Assembly (NCBI GenBank): GCA_020639115.1
Contig: JACKHG010000017.1
Location: 17,790-81,789, forward strand
Source of the DNA: Phycisphaerales bacterium
GTDB taxonomy: Bacteria > Planctomycetota > Phycisphaerae > UBA1845
Direction: 5' to 3'
DNA: 64,000 bases
Below, piece by piece: positions 51,168 through 60,238 of this stretch. A program made the position numbers and the translations under genes. How positions within the stretch are numbered: the stretch's first letter is position 1; each line of letters opens with the position of its first letter. The notes below the pieces were generated by a model, which was not told where the DNA came from, did no database searches, and saw only the letters and a program-made list of their open reading frames with translations.

Positions 51168-52247
51168 TCAGCGTGCGCGGGACCGGCGGGTGCTGGCCTG
51201 CTGCCGTTCACCCTGCCGGTTGGACGCGTTGGAGCGGCTGCGGACGTCGACGCTGTTGGCGAAGAACGTCGTGTTGCCATTGAGCGTACGGCTGAAGCCG
51301 TTGACGTGGATGCGGTCGCCGGTGGTGATGCGGCGGTTGCCGTGGACGCTCGCGGGCGAGCCGATGACGACGTTGAAGGTCTTGCCGTTGTCGCCCTTGA
51401 CCTGCGCGACCATGCCCTCGACCTCGCCGTCGCGGGTGCGCACGGCCTTGACGCCGGCGAGGCGGCCGCTCATCACGCGATCGTACCGGTAGTTGGGAAT
51501 ATCGAACGAGCCGCTGGCGGACCGGATCTGCTCCGCCTGGAAGTAGTTGCGACCGTCGCGCTCGAGGTTGCGGCCGGCGATGCGGATGTGCTCGCCGGGG
51601 CGCAGGCTCGGCAGGTTCTCGCGAACGTAGCCGTAGTCGCCGAGCTGGACCGTCCGGGTCCGGCCGTCATCGGTGCGCACGCGGAGCTGGACGCTGTCGA
51701 CCTTGCCGTCGCGCGTCTTGATGCGGCGCAGGCCGACGACGCGGCCGTTGAACTGGCGATCGAAGTCGTAGGTGCGGTTGGTGCTGGAGCGGTACGATTC
51801 GTTCGTGAACGGGTCGTAGTCGTACCAGTCGTAACCGTAGGCGTATGGTTCGTAGTGGTGGCCGTACTGCCAGTCGTCGGCGTCCGGGTTCCAGTACCAG
51901 CCGTACGCGTAGTCGCCCTCGTCATTCAGGTAGTCGTCGAAGTCGTTGTCGCGACCGTAGTCGTAGGTGTAGTAGTCGTAGCCGTAATCGGGATAGTCGT
52001 AGTCGTGGTAGCCGTACGCGCCGTCGTCGTAATCCCAATCGTCCTGGTTTTCGTAGCCCCAGTTGCCGAACCAGTCAGCCGGGTTGTACCACTGGTACTC
52101 GTCGTAGTTGTCGTTCCAGCGCTCGGCGATGGTCTCGTTCTCGCTGCGGTCGAACTCATCGGCGACGGCGCGCGTCGTCGCGGCTCCGATGAACCCGGCG
52201 ACGATCACAAACAGCGGCCAGACACAGATTCCTGAACATCTCTTCAT
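51168..52247 (-). CDS. Secreted protein with a Tyr/Asp/Trp-rich low-complexity region and two tandem ~85-aa OB-like repeats
   Basis: The start at MKRCSGICVWPLFVIVAGFIGAA has AAGGAG upstream. Residues ~30-165 are dominated by Y/D/W/G/N. Two related segments follow: GRVVGLRRIKTRDGKVDSVQLRVRTDDGRTRTVQLG...GEHIRIAGR and GRLAGVKAVRTRDGEVEGMVAQVKGDNGKTFNVVIG...GDRIHVNGF. Confidence 0.7.
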   Translation of the reverse strand: MKRCSGICVWPLFVIVAGFIGAATTRAVADEFDRSENETIAERWNDNYDEYQWYNPADWFGNWGYENQDDWDYDDGAYGYHDYDYPDYGYDYYTYDYGRDNDFDDYLNDEGDYAYGWYWNPDADDWQYGHHYEPYAYGYDWYDYDPFTNESYRSSTNRTYDFDRQFNGRVVGLRRIKTRDGKVDSVQLRVRTDDGRTRTVQLGDYGYVRENLPSLRPGEHIRIAGRNLERDGRNYFQAEQIRSASGSFDIPNYRYDRVMSGRLAGVKAVRTRDGEVEGMVAQVKGDNGKTFNVVIGSPASVHGNRRITTGDRIHVNGFSRTLNGNTTFFANSVDVRSRSNASNRQGERQQASTRRSRAR

Positions 52248-53002
52248 TGTCGTGCTCCTTTCAAAAAGCGAGCAGCGGAGCCGGCACGCACCCCCGCATG
52301 CCGACTCCCCTGCGTTTCTCTGATCAACTTCAGGCTCATTGGGACTTGCCCTCCCGCCCGCACGCGCAGTCTGCGCGGCGGCCTTCAAGCGTGTGTAAAA
52401 ACCGCCTGACGCCAGTGATGTTCGGGTTGGCGCTGCGCTCATGGAGGATCGCGCGGACGCCGAGCGGGTTGCCAATGCCCACGTGGGTCACTGTCGCCTT
52501 GTCATCCGTACATGGTGCCACCGTCTTGTCGCTGGTAAGGCGAGTTTGCGTCAAGCAGAGGTGGACGTGTGCACGGCGGTCTCGCACGCGGGTAGGACCG
52601 TGCGCAACAAGCCGCGCATAGCGGCCTATCCAGCGTCACTTGGCGCCGGTCAGGGCCGGCGTTGAAGTCATGCCGCAAGGGGCAACGCTGACAGTGACGT
52701 CAGGTGATACCGTGGCGTGTTCGTTGATCACGGGTGACGATTCTGCGCAAGGAGTATTCGGGGCTTGCACGTTAAAACGCGCGGACTGACAGAGTGTTCA
52801 CGTTCCCGCAGACGCCAGCGGGCGTCGTTATTGGGAAAAGATCATCGCTTGAGGGCAACGGCGCGGTCGTTCAATGGCTGCAAACGTCTGAAGTGCGTCT
52901 GAGGATTGGTTCATGCCACTGCAACGTTCCGTCCGATGGAAAACACCTGATCACGTCTGGGTTCGAGCAGTGCGGGCCGGGTTCTTATCGGGAGTACGGG
53001 TC

Positions 53003-53575
53003 ATGGCGAACGGATTGCGTATCTTGCTGGCTGAGGATTACGCGTTGCAGGCGGCTGTCTGTGGGGAGTTGCTCGCGCATCTCGGACATGTGGTCGTCGG
53101 GCCGGTTCCCACGGCGGAAGCCGGCTGCCGGCTCCTGGGACGCGCGAAGATGGATCTGGCGCTGCTCGACGTGCAGTTGGCGGACGGGCTGTCGTTTCCG
53201 CTGGCGGATGCGTTGCGGACGCGTGGAATACCGGTGGTGTTCTGCACCGGGCATGCGGCGGACGGCTGCTTTCCAGAGGATTGGCGGGGGGCACCCCGGG
53301 TCGCGAAGCCGTACGCACTGGGGGATATCGTGCGACAGATCCGCCCGCTGGTGGCGTGCCAGCTACCGAGCGGGGGTGATCGGGACGCGCGAGCGCCACG
53401 CCGCACGCGCAGTGTTCGCAGGGATGAATCAGACCGGGGGCAGCGTGGCGAGTTCGAACCAGTATGCACCGATCTCGTGCATGGCGGCGGTAAACGTCTC
53501 GACGCGGACGGGCTTGGTGATGAACGAGTTGCAATGCAGCGCGTAGCACGCCCGGGCGTCGACGTCCTGGTCTGA
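53003..53575 (+). CDS. Single-domain response regulator receiver (CheY-like) with an unstructured tail
   Basis: MANGLRILLAEDYALQ...MDLALLDVQLADG...VVFCTGH...AKPY carries the receiver signature residues. The last ~65 codons overlap the convergent receiver gene and may not be translated. Confidence 0.6.
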   Translation: MANGLRILLAEDYALQAAVCGELLAHLGHVVVGPVPTAEAGCRLLGRAKMDLALLDVQLADGLSFPLADALRTRGIPVVFCTGHAADGCFPEDWRGAPRVAKPYALGDIVRQIRPLVACQLPSGGDRDARAPRRTRSVRRDESDRGQRGEFEPVCTDLVHGGGKRLDADGLGDERVAMQRVARPGVDVLV

Positions 53576-53851
53576 CGTGGTGAGCACGATCACCACGAGG
53601 TCCTTGAGCTGCGCATCGGCGCGGATGCGGCGGAGGACCTCGCGGCCATCCAGCCGAGGCATGTTGAGATCGAGCAGGATGATGTCGGGCCGTGGCGCGT
53701 CGACGGCGTGGTTTCCCTGCCGGCGGAGGTAGTCGATCGCCTCAGCACCGTCGCTGACGATGCGCAGGTCCACCGGGGCCTCGGCGAAGGCCCGGCGAGT
53801 CAATTCCTGATCGCCAGCGTCGTCGTCTACGAGCAGGATGACAGCGCGCAT
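53429..53851 (-). CDS. Response regulator receiver protein (stand-alone REC)
   Basis: MRAVILLVDDDAGDQELT...PDIILLDLNMPRLDGREVL...VVIVLTTSDQ...SFITKP. The start overlaps the upstream kinase stop, which suggests an operon. Confidence 0.85.
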   Translation of the reverse strand: MRAVILLVDDDAGDQELTRRAFAEAPVDLRIVSDGAEAIDYLRRQGNHAVDAPRPDIILLDLNMPRLDGREVLRRIRADAQLKDLVVIVLTTSDQDVDARACYALHCNSFITKPVRVETFTAAMHEIGAYWFELATLPPV

Positions 53852-55002
53852 TGGTGCGTCGGCGTGCATACCTCCTCCTCGACGTTGGCCAGCGTGAACT
53901 TGAAGTGTGAACCGCCGTTGAAACTCTCCACCCAGATGCGTCCGCCGTGGCGGGTGACGGCGCGCTCGCAAATCGCCAGGCCGATCCCGTTGCCACTGTA
54001 CTCGCTCGCGCCGTGGAGGCGTTTGAACGCCTTGAAGATCTGGTCGTGGTACGCGGGGTCGATGCCGATCCCGTTGTCGCGGATGCCGAACACCCAGCCA
54101 TCGGCATTGCGTTCCGCGGTGACGTGAATGCAGGGCTGCCGGTCGGCCGGGACGAACTTGACCGCGTTGGAGAGCAGGTTCTGGTAGAGTTGGGTCAGCA
54201 GCGTCCGGTCGCCGACCACCGCGGGCAGCGCGTCGATGAGCACGTTGGCGCCGTGCTCCTGGACGGTGAGGGCGATGGACTCGAGCGCGGCGTCGACAGA
54301 CTCGCGCAGGGCGAAGCGCTCGGCCCCCACATCATTGCGGCCCGCGCGGGAGAGCATGAGCAGATCGCGGACGAGCTTGCGCATGCGGCCGGCGGCGTCG
54401 CTGATGAAGTGCAGGTCCTTGACGGCCTGGCCGCGATCGTTGCGGTTGAGGTCCTGCTCGAGGAGTTCGCTGAAGGAGACGATCTTGCGCAGCGGCTCCT
54501 GCAGGTCGTGGGAGGCGATGTAGGTGAACTCGTCGAGCGCGACGTTGCGGCGTTCGAGTTCGGCTGAGTGGTTGCGGAGTATGTTCTCCCGCTGGCGGCG
54601 GTCGGCGATCTCAGCTTCGAGGCGGTGGACGACGTCGCGATAGCCAGGCAGGGCCAGGGCGCGGGGCAGCACGATCAGGATGACCAGGACGGTGCCCCAG
54701 GCTGCAATGGCGGTGGCGATGCGGAGCACCAGGGCGAGTGCGGGTACCGGCCACCAGGTCGTGGAGGCGTCGAGAACGTGCTCTGCACCGCCAATGCCGA
54801 TCAGGAGGCTGACCAGCGCAAACAGCGGGCGAAATGGCACGTCGGGGTGACGGCAGAGAAAGAAGACGAGCAGGACGGCGATCCCGATGAAGGCCGATCC
54901 GGCGGCGAGGTCGGCGAGCACCGGCAACCAGCCGTCACTTGCGAACCCCATCTCCTGCGCCGGGACGTTGGCTGCGGCGAGGATGCAGGGAATCAGCTTC
55001 AT
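53827..55002 (-). CDS. Membrane sensor histidine kinase
   Basis: Several N-terminal transmembrane helices are followed by the H-box FTYIASHDLQEPLRKI and the N/G boxes LLSNAVKF, DNGIGI and GNGIGLAICER. The ATG at 55002 is preferred; the longest ORF starts with TTG at 55038. Confidence 0.85.
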   Translation of the reverse strand: MKLIPCILAAANVPAQEMGFASDGWLPVLADLAAGSAFIGIAVLLVFFLCRHPDVPFRPLFALVSLLIGIGGAEHVLDASTTWWPVPALALVLRIATAIAAWGTVLVILIVLPRALALPGYRDVVHRLEAEIADRRQRENILRNHSAELERRNVALDEFTYIASHDLQEPLRKIVSFSELLEQDLNRNDRGQAVKDLHFISDAAGRMRKLVRDLLMLSRAGRNDVGAERFALRESVDAALESIALTVQEHGANVLIDALPAVVGDRTLLTQLYQNLLSNAVKFVPADRQPCIHVTAERNADGWVFGIRDNGIGIDPAYHDQIFKAFKRLHGASEYSGNGIGLAICERAVTRHGGRIWVESFNGGSHFKFTLANVEEEVCTPTHQCALSSCS

Positions 55003-55361
55003 GGATAATTCCAGTATCTGCTTTCCTCGCGCCTTCAACCGTCCGCCGCCAGCGACAGGTAACGATTGAGCAAAGCGTGTCGATGTGGCGGTGTGGGCGG
55101 CCCATGTGGCTCACCGGCCGATCGTTTCATCGGCGATTGGACTCGGCGCAATTGAGCCGCGGAAGGTCGAGGCGGCTATCGTCAAGCCGGCGCGGAAAAA
55201 GCCCGTCGGCATTGACAACGTCCGCGCGAGAGAGAATCAGGCGTTGCTTCAAGCAGCAAGGCACGCGCCAGCGTGCCAGGGCGGAGCCGATGCGCCGGCA
55301 TGCGGAGCGGAACGAGTTGTGCCAACTTGATGACACCGGCGGGCCGCGTGCGGTCCGGCTG

Positions 55362-55408
55362 TAAAAAGCAAATCAGCCGGCGGAACCACGGGGGGTTCCG
55401 CCGGCTGG
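55362..55408 (-). terminator. Rho-independent terminator after the downstream flagellin
   Basis: On the minus strand: cagccggcggaacc-cccccgt-ggttccgccggctg followed by atttgcttttt. Confidence 0.65.
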
Positions 55409-55431
55409 TGACGTTACCGTTTGAAGGCGTG

Positions 55432-56868
55432 CTAGCCGAGCAGGCCGAGGACCGCCTGGGGCAGCGAGTTGGCGATCTGCAGGGTCTGCTGGGTGCTCTG
55501 GAAGAGGATTTGCGACCGGGTCAGGGCCGAGACTTCCTCGGCGATGTCCGCGTCGCGAATCACCGATTCCGACGAACTCACGTTTTCCAGCGCAATTTGC
55601 TGGCTGTTGATGTTCGTCTCAATCTGGTTTTTCTGGAGGCTGCCCAACCGGCCTCGCATCGTGGCAACCTGGTAGATCGACTCTTCGAGGATGTCCTGGG
55701 CCGCAATGAAGTTCTTGCCCTTCACCTCGTTGGCGCCACCGCTCCGCAAGCTGTCGAGGTAACCGATCACGCTGTTGCCCAGCGAACCGGACGATATTGA
55801 GTTAATCCCTACGCTGACCTGGCCCTGCGGAGACACGTCCGGTCCCAACTGGAACAGCGAACCGCCGCCGGTCACCTGGAACGAAGCCGCCGACGTCGTT
55901 TGCTGCGCGAAGTTCGAGGTCAGGTAGAACTCGCCGTCGAGGTTGGCGGTACGGATGTTGACCCGCAAACCGCTGGTGTCGGCGATCTGTCCGTTGACCA
56001 GCACCGTCGCGTCCACGCCGATGTCGCGAACTTCCGTAGCGCCCGCGGTGTAGGTGTTGCCGTCGATGAAGCTACCCGACAGCGTCTTGATCTGGACGAA
56101 CGCCTCGCTGCCGAACCCGGTGCTGGCGATGTTGACGACGCCGCCGACGACGGCGGCCGACACGCCGGTGCTGTCGGTGACGGCGTTGATGCTGGTGACG
56201 ATATCGGCGACGGAGGTTCCGGAAGCGAACGCGAGGATTTCCGAGCCCTGGTTGCCGGTGATCTCGATGGTGCTCGCGCTGGTCTGGGTTCCGGTGACCT
56301 GGAGGATGCCGTTCTCGGCCGACGCGGTCACCTGGACGACGACGTTCTGCGAGCCGCCCTCGGGCACGCGGGCGGAGAAGACGCTGATGCTGGAGATCTG
56401 GTTGGTGAGCGCGCCGGCGTTGGCGCTGGACAGCGAGTAGGCCAGCGAGCCGTTGAGCAGCTTCTTGCTGCCGAACGACGTGGTGTTGGCGATGCGGTCG
56501 ATGCTCGCGAGGATGTTGTCGATTTCAAGCTGGTTGGCTTCGATTTCCTCTTGCGACAACGCGCCGTTGTTGGCGGTGTTCACAATCAGGCCGCGGAGAT
56601 CGAGCAACAGTCGCGACGTTTCGTTGATGGCTCCCTCAGCCGTCGAGATCACGTTGATGGCGCGCTGCGAATTGTCGATCGCCTGACCGATCGCACCGAT
56701 CTCGCTGCGCAGGATCTCAGACGCGATCAAACCCGCGGGATCATCCTTACCGCGGTTGATCCGCAATCCCGTCGCCAGACGCTCCAATCGCGTTTGCAGG
56801 TCAGAGGTGTTGTTGTACAAACGCCCCTGCGCAATGATTGAGGGAATATTGGTGTGAATTCGCGTCAT
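55432..56868 (-). CDS. fliC: Flagellin
   Basis: The N-terminus is MTRIHTNIPSIIAQGRL...LATGLRINRGKDDPAGLIASE. The C-terminus is IRDADIAEEVSALTRSQILFQSTQQTLQIANSLPQAVLGLL. GGAGGA lies upstream. Confidence 0.9.
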   Translation of the reverse strand: MTRIHTNIPSIIAQGRLYNNTSDLQTRLERLATGLRINRGKDDPAGLIASEILRSEIGAIGQAIDNSQRAINVISTAEGAINETSRLLLDLRGLIVNTANNGALSQEEIEANQLEIDNILASIDRIANTTSFGSKKLLNGSLAYSLSSANAGALTNQISSISVFSARVPEGGSQNVVVQVTASAENGILQVTGTQTSASTIEITGNQGSEILAFASGTSVADIVTSINAVTDSTGVSAAVVGGVVNIASTGFGSEAFVQIKTLSGSFIDGNTYTAGATEVRDIGVDATVLVNGQIADTSGLRVNIRTANLDGEFYLTSNFAQQTTSAASFQVTGGGSLFQLGPDVSPQGQVSVGINSISSGSLGNSVIGYLDSLRSGGANEVKGKNFIAAQDILEESIYQVATMRGRLGSLQKNQIETNINSQQIALENVSSSESVIRDADIAEEVSALTRSQILFQSTQQTLQIANSLPQAVLGLLG

Positions 56869-57037
56869 GACATCCTCCGTGATGCTGACGGCGATCGCCT
56901 CGATCGCCCGCGTCCGCCACCGTGCGCGACGTTTTCGTTTTCCCGCGGCGTCGGCCGCGTTCTTGGCAAAACCCAGCTGCGTCCGCCCCCACCGTTCGGG
57001 GCCGTTGCAGGCACGATCAACTTCGTGCTACCCGCCG

Positions 57038-57064
57038 TATCGTCCGCATAAAAATGGCGGTTTA
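57038..57064 (-). promoter_or_regulatory. Candidate sigma-28 (FliA) promoter for the flagellin at 55432-56868
   Basis: The minus strand reads TAAA-N15-GGACGATA, against the consensus TAAA-N15-GCCGATAA. It lies ~170 nt upstream of the ATG. Confidence 0.5.
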
Positions 57065-57126
57065 GCTAAAACGACCGAACGGGGGTGATTGCGGACTTAT
57101 AGGACGTGTTCGGGGCCGGTGGGGCG

Positions 57127-57180
57127 AAAAAAGGCCCGCCCAGGCGGCTTCGCGGGGGTCCGCGAGGGCCTGGGCGGGCC
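57127..57180 (-). terminator. Rho-independent terminator after the upstream flagellin
   Basis: On the minus strand: a 13-bp stem ggcccgcccaggc...gcctgggcgggcc followed by tttttt, ~25 nt after the stop. Confidence 0.75.
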
Positions 57181-57202
57181 GGAAAACGTTGAAGAAAAGT
57201 GC

Positions 57203-58663
57203 CTACTGGAGCAGGCTGAGCACCGCCTGCGGCTGGGCGTTCGCCAACTGCAACGTCGTCGTCGACGAACTGACCAGAATCTGGGCACGCGTCAACGCAC
57301 TGGTCGTTTCCGCGAAGTCAGTTTCGCGAATCGCACTCTCCGCCGCTGACGTGTTTTCCAACGCGATGAGCAGTGAGTTCACCGCCGTCTGCAACGTGTT
57401 GCGCTGGAATCCACCGATGCGTCCGCGAAGATCGGAAATCTGTTCCTGTGCTGCTTCCACCACACGCTGAGCCGCCGCGAAGTTCGAGGATTCAATATCG
57501 TTCGCACCACCGCTCGCTAGCGTGGAGAGGAATCCGTCTGTATTGTTGCCCAGCGACGCCGTGCTCACGGACTGAATACCAATCGTCTCCATGCCCACCA
57601 GGCTGACGTCGGGCGCGATGTTGAAGCGTGCCCCACCACCAGTGATGTCGAACGAGGAACTGACCGCCGTCGTCGAGCCGCCGAACGCGGATGCAAGCGT
57701 CAAATCCACGGCAAGTGAACCGGTACGAATCGACGCTTTCAATCCGTTCACGTTCGCCTGCGTACCATTGATAATCACGGTGCCGTCGGTACCGTTGCTG
57801 CTGCTCGAGTGGTCGTTGGTCGTATCCGAACCGTTGATCGCGATGCGACCGGTCGATCCCACGACCTGCACCGAAACAATCGCGTCCGAACCAAAGGCCG
57901 TGCTCGAGAAGCGCACGTGGTCCGTACCGCTGACCGCGACGGTCGACGCCGACACGCCGGTGAGCTGCGTGCTTGAGTTGATGGCGGTAACAATGGCGGC
58001 CTGCGTCGTGCCCGACGCGAAGCTGAAGATTTCCGAGCCCAGCGCGCCACGCACTTCAATGCTCGTAGCCGCTGACAATGTACCGCTGCCGCCACCACCC
58101 ACGGCACTGACGCTCGCAAAGGTCGAACCGGTGACGACTTCCACCGCGACCGAACGCGTCGCACCCTCGGGAATCTTGGCTGCATTGACCTGAACGTCGG
58201 AGATGTCCGCACCGACCACGCCCGAGGTCGTGAACCCAAAACCACCGCCCAACAGTTTGGTGCCGTTGAATTCCGCGGTGTTGGCGATGCGGTCAATTGA
58301 CTGGAGGATGGCGTCGATCTGCGACTGGTTGGCTGCGAGTTCGGCCTCGCTCAGACCGGCGGTGCTCGCACTGCGGTCGACCAGATCCGCAAGGTCGAGC
58401 AGCAGGCGGTTGACTTCCTGCAACGCGCCTTCCGCGACGGACAGCACGTTGTCAGCCCGGTTCGCGTTGTCGATCGCGGCATTGACCGCCACCTTCTGCG
58501 AACGCAGCGACTCCGATGCGATCAGCCCGGCGGGATCATCGGCGCCGCTGTTGATTCGCAGGCCGGTGCTCAACCGAGTGAGCGACTGGTTCAGCGCCTT
58601 GTTCTGCGCTCCAAGTACGCGTTGTGCAACGAGGGACTGGACGTTGGTGACGATTCGACTCAT
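57203..58663 (-). CDS. fliC: Flagellin (second paralog)
   Basis: The N-terminus is MSRIVTNVQSLVAQRVLGAQNKALNQSLTRLSTGLRINSGADDPAGLIASE. The C-terminus is IRETDFAETTSALTRAQILVSSSTTTLQLANAQPQAVLSLLQ. GGAGG lies upstream. Confidence 0.9.
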   Translation of the reverse strand: MSRIVTNVQSLVAQRVLGAQNKALNQSLTRLSTGLRINSGADDPAGLIASESLRSQKVAVNAAIDNANRADNVLSVAEGALQEVNRLLLDLADLVDRSASTAGLSEAELAANQSQIDAILQSIDRIANTAEFNGTKLLGGGFGFTTSGVVGADISDVQVNAAKIPEGATRSVAVEVVTGSTFASVSAVGGGGSGTLSAATSIEVRGALGSEIFSFASGTTQAAIVTAINSSTQLTGVSASTVAVSGTDHVRFSSTAFGSDAIVSVQVVGSTGRIAINGSDTTNDHSSSSNGTDGTVIINGTQANVNGLKASIRTGSLAVDLTLASAFGGSTTAVSSSFDITGGGARFNIAPDVSLVGMETIGIQSVSTASLGNNTDGFLSTLASGGANDIESSNFAAAQRVVEAAQEQISDLRGRIGGFQRNTLQTAVNSLLIALENTSAAESAIRETDFAETTSALTRAQILVSSSTTTLQLANAQPQAVLSLLQ

Positions 58664-58819
58664 GTTCGCTCGGGCCTCCAAACTGCCGCAGCCGCCTCGA
58701 CCACACTTCGGTTCGGCGCTGCGGTGCGATCCCGCGTGGGCAGGATCGAGGGCTCACCACCCGTTTGTTCGTGGACTGCACACGCGTGTATGCCGCGATC
58801 CACGTTAACGCACTGCTCG

Positions 58820-58846
58820 CATCGTCTTGCCGATAACGGCCCTTTA
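58820..58846 (-). promoter_or_regulatory. Candidate sigma-28 (FliA) promoter for the flagellin at 57203-58663
   Basis: The minus strand reads TAAA-N15-AGACGATG, ~157 nt upstream of the ATG. It shares the GACGAT core and the spacing of the other flagellin promoter candidate. Confidence 0.45.
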
Positions 58847-59168
58847 AAAGATTCGGACGCTGCCGCGCCGCGCGCGGGATTCGGACCTTATATCGGGACG
58901 GCGCCGCCCGGGCACGCTCGTGTGCGGACCTTTCCTTTCGGGACGTATATTGGTTTTACCGGACAGCGCCGGACAACGTCCCAAAACCCGAAGGGAAATA
59001 TAACTTTTGCGGCTATTGCGCGCCGGGCGCGATCGGCCGCGCACAGCCCCGATAATGCACGGCCTGGCGCGCCGTTCGCGCAGAACGGACGCACCGCGCA
59101 AGCAACGGGGCGCGCCGCGCAAGCGGCGCGCCCCGGTCGTGATGTTTCGCAAGTGCGGATGGAACGCG

Positions 59169-60161
59169 TCAGTGCGCGGCGCCGGCGGCGAGCCGGTCGC
59201 GCACGGCCTCGGCGATCTTCGTGTAGACCTGGCTGGGGATCACATCGATCTTGAGGATCGCGGCCAGTTCCTCGACGTCCTTTTCCACCTCGCCGAGGAT
59301 ACGGGCGAGCACGTGCAATTCGGCACCGACGAACTCCATCGCCGCAGCGCATTCCTCCGCGGACTTGGCGACGTCCGGAATCTCGCAGAGCATGCGGCCC
59401 ACGCGGTCGGCGGCGTTGATGATCCGGGCCATGTGCGTGCCCTCGCTGACCGCCTCGACGTTCGCGTCATGGCTCAGGCGCACGGCTTCACACAGCGGAT
59501 CGGGCAGCGACCACTCGGCGAGCACCATCGCGGAGACCTCGGCGTGCGTGGCGCCGACGGCCTTCTGCTCGGCCTCGGGCGAGATCACGCCGCCGTGCGG
59601 GGCGTAGGCCTGGGCGATCGGCCCGTATTCGTGGGGCATCGCCTCGGCCAGGATGGAGACGCCGACGTCGGCGAGCAGGGCGCTGAGAAAAACCTCATCG
59701 CGCAGGCGCGGGCACAGGTCGTCCGCCAGGCGCGCGCCGATGACCGCGGCAGCCAGGCTGCGCCGCCAGAAGTAGTTGCGGTCGACGAATTCGCCCCCGG
59801 TGCCCCCCACCGCCTCGACCAGGTAGCGGCCGAGCACGAGCGACCGGGTCCGCCGCGGCCCGAGCAGTGTCAGGGCCTGGCGCAGCGAGGTGACCTTGCG
59901 CGACACGCCGAACAGGGCCGAATTGGCCAGGCGCAGGATCTCACTGACCGTGCCGGCGTCGGCACCGATGGCCTTGACCACGTCGTCGTAGTCGAAGTTG
60001 GGGTCCTGGATCACCTCGAGAAAACGGGTGACCACCTGGGGGATGGATGGCACCGCCGCCGACTTGCTGATCGCATCCGCGACTTTCGCGTTCATCGTAC
60101 CGCTCCCGTACAGAGGGCGCAGAAAACGCCCGGCTGGGATATTAAGTTCTGCAGGTTTCAT
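59169..60161 (-). CDS. HDOD domain signalling protein
   Basis: IPQVVTRFLEVIQDPNFDYDDVVKAIGADAGTVSEILRLANSALFGVSRKVTSLRQALTLLG is the HDOD N-terminal signature. The start is uncertain: ATG at 60161, ATG at 60095 (with GGGAG upstream), or TTG at 60176. Confidence 0.8.
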   Translation of the reverse strand: MKPAELNIPAGRFLRPLYGSGTMNAKVADAISKSAAVPSIPQVVTRFLEVIQDPNFDYDDVVKAIGADAGTVSEILRLANSALFGVSRKVTSLRQALTLLGPRRTRSLVLGRYLVEAVGGTGGEFVDRNYFWRRSLAAAVIGARLADDLCPRLRDEVFLSALLADVGVSILAEAMPHEYGPIAQAYAPHGGVISPEAEQKAVGATHAEVSAMVLAEWSLPDPLCEAVRLSHDANVEAVSEGTHMARIINAADRVGRMLCEIPDVAKSAEECAAAMEFVGAELHVLARILGEVEKDVEELAAILKIDVIPSQVYTKIAEAVRDRLAAGAAH

Positions 60162-60238
60162 CGGCTGCGGGCGCAAAACGGTCCAGCCAACCCGCCGGTA
60201 ACGTCCGGGAAGGTGCGGCGCGACGGCGCAGTGAGGCG

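Noticed and set aside
52248-53002. A 755-bp gene-free, slightly AT-richer spacer examined for a decayed gene or a structured RNA.
   Set aside because: I could recognise no gene remnant, repeat or conserved RNA motif (SRP, RNase P, tmRNA or riboswitch cores). I leave it as an unexplained long intergenic region.
58829-58836. An exact GCCGATAA (sigma-28 -10 consensus) on the plus strand upstream of the flagellin gene.
   Set aside because: It has the wrong orientation for the minus-strand flagellin, and there is no plus-strand gene downstream. The functional candidate is the overlapping minus-strand TAAA-N15-AGACGATG.
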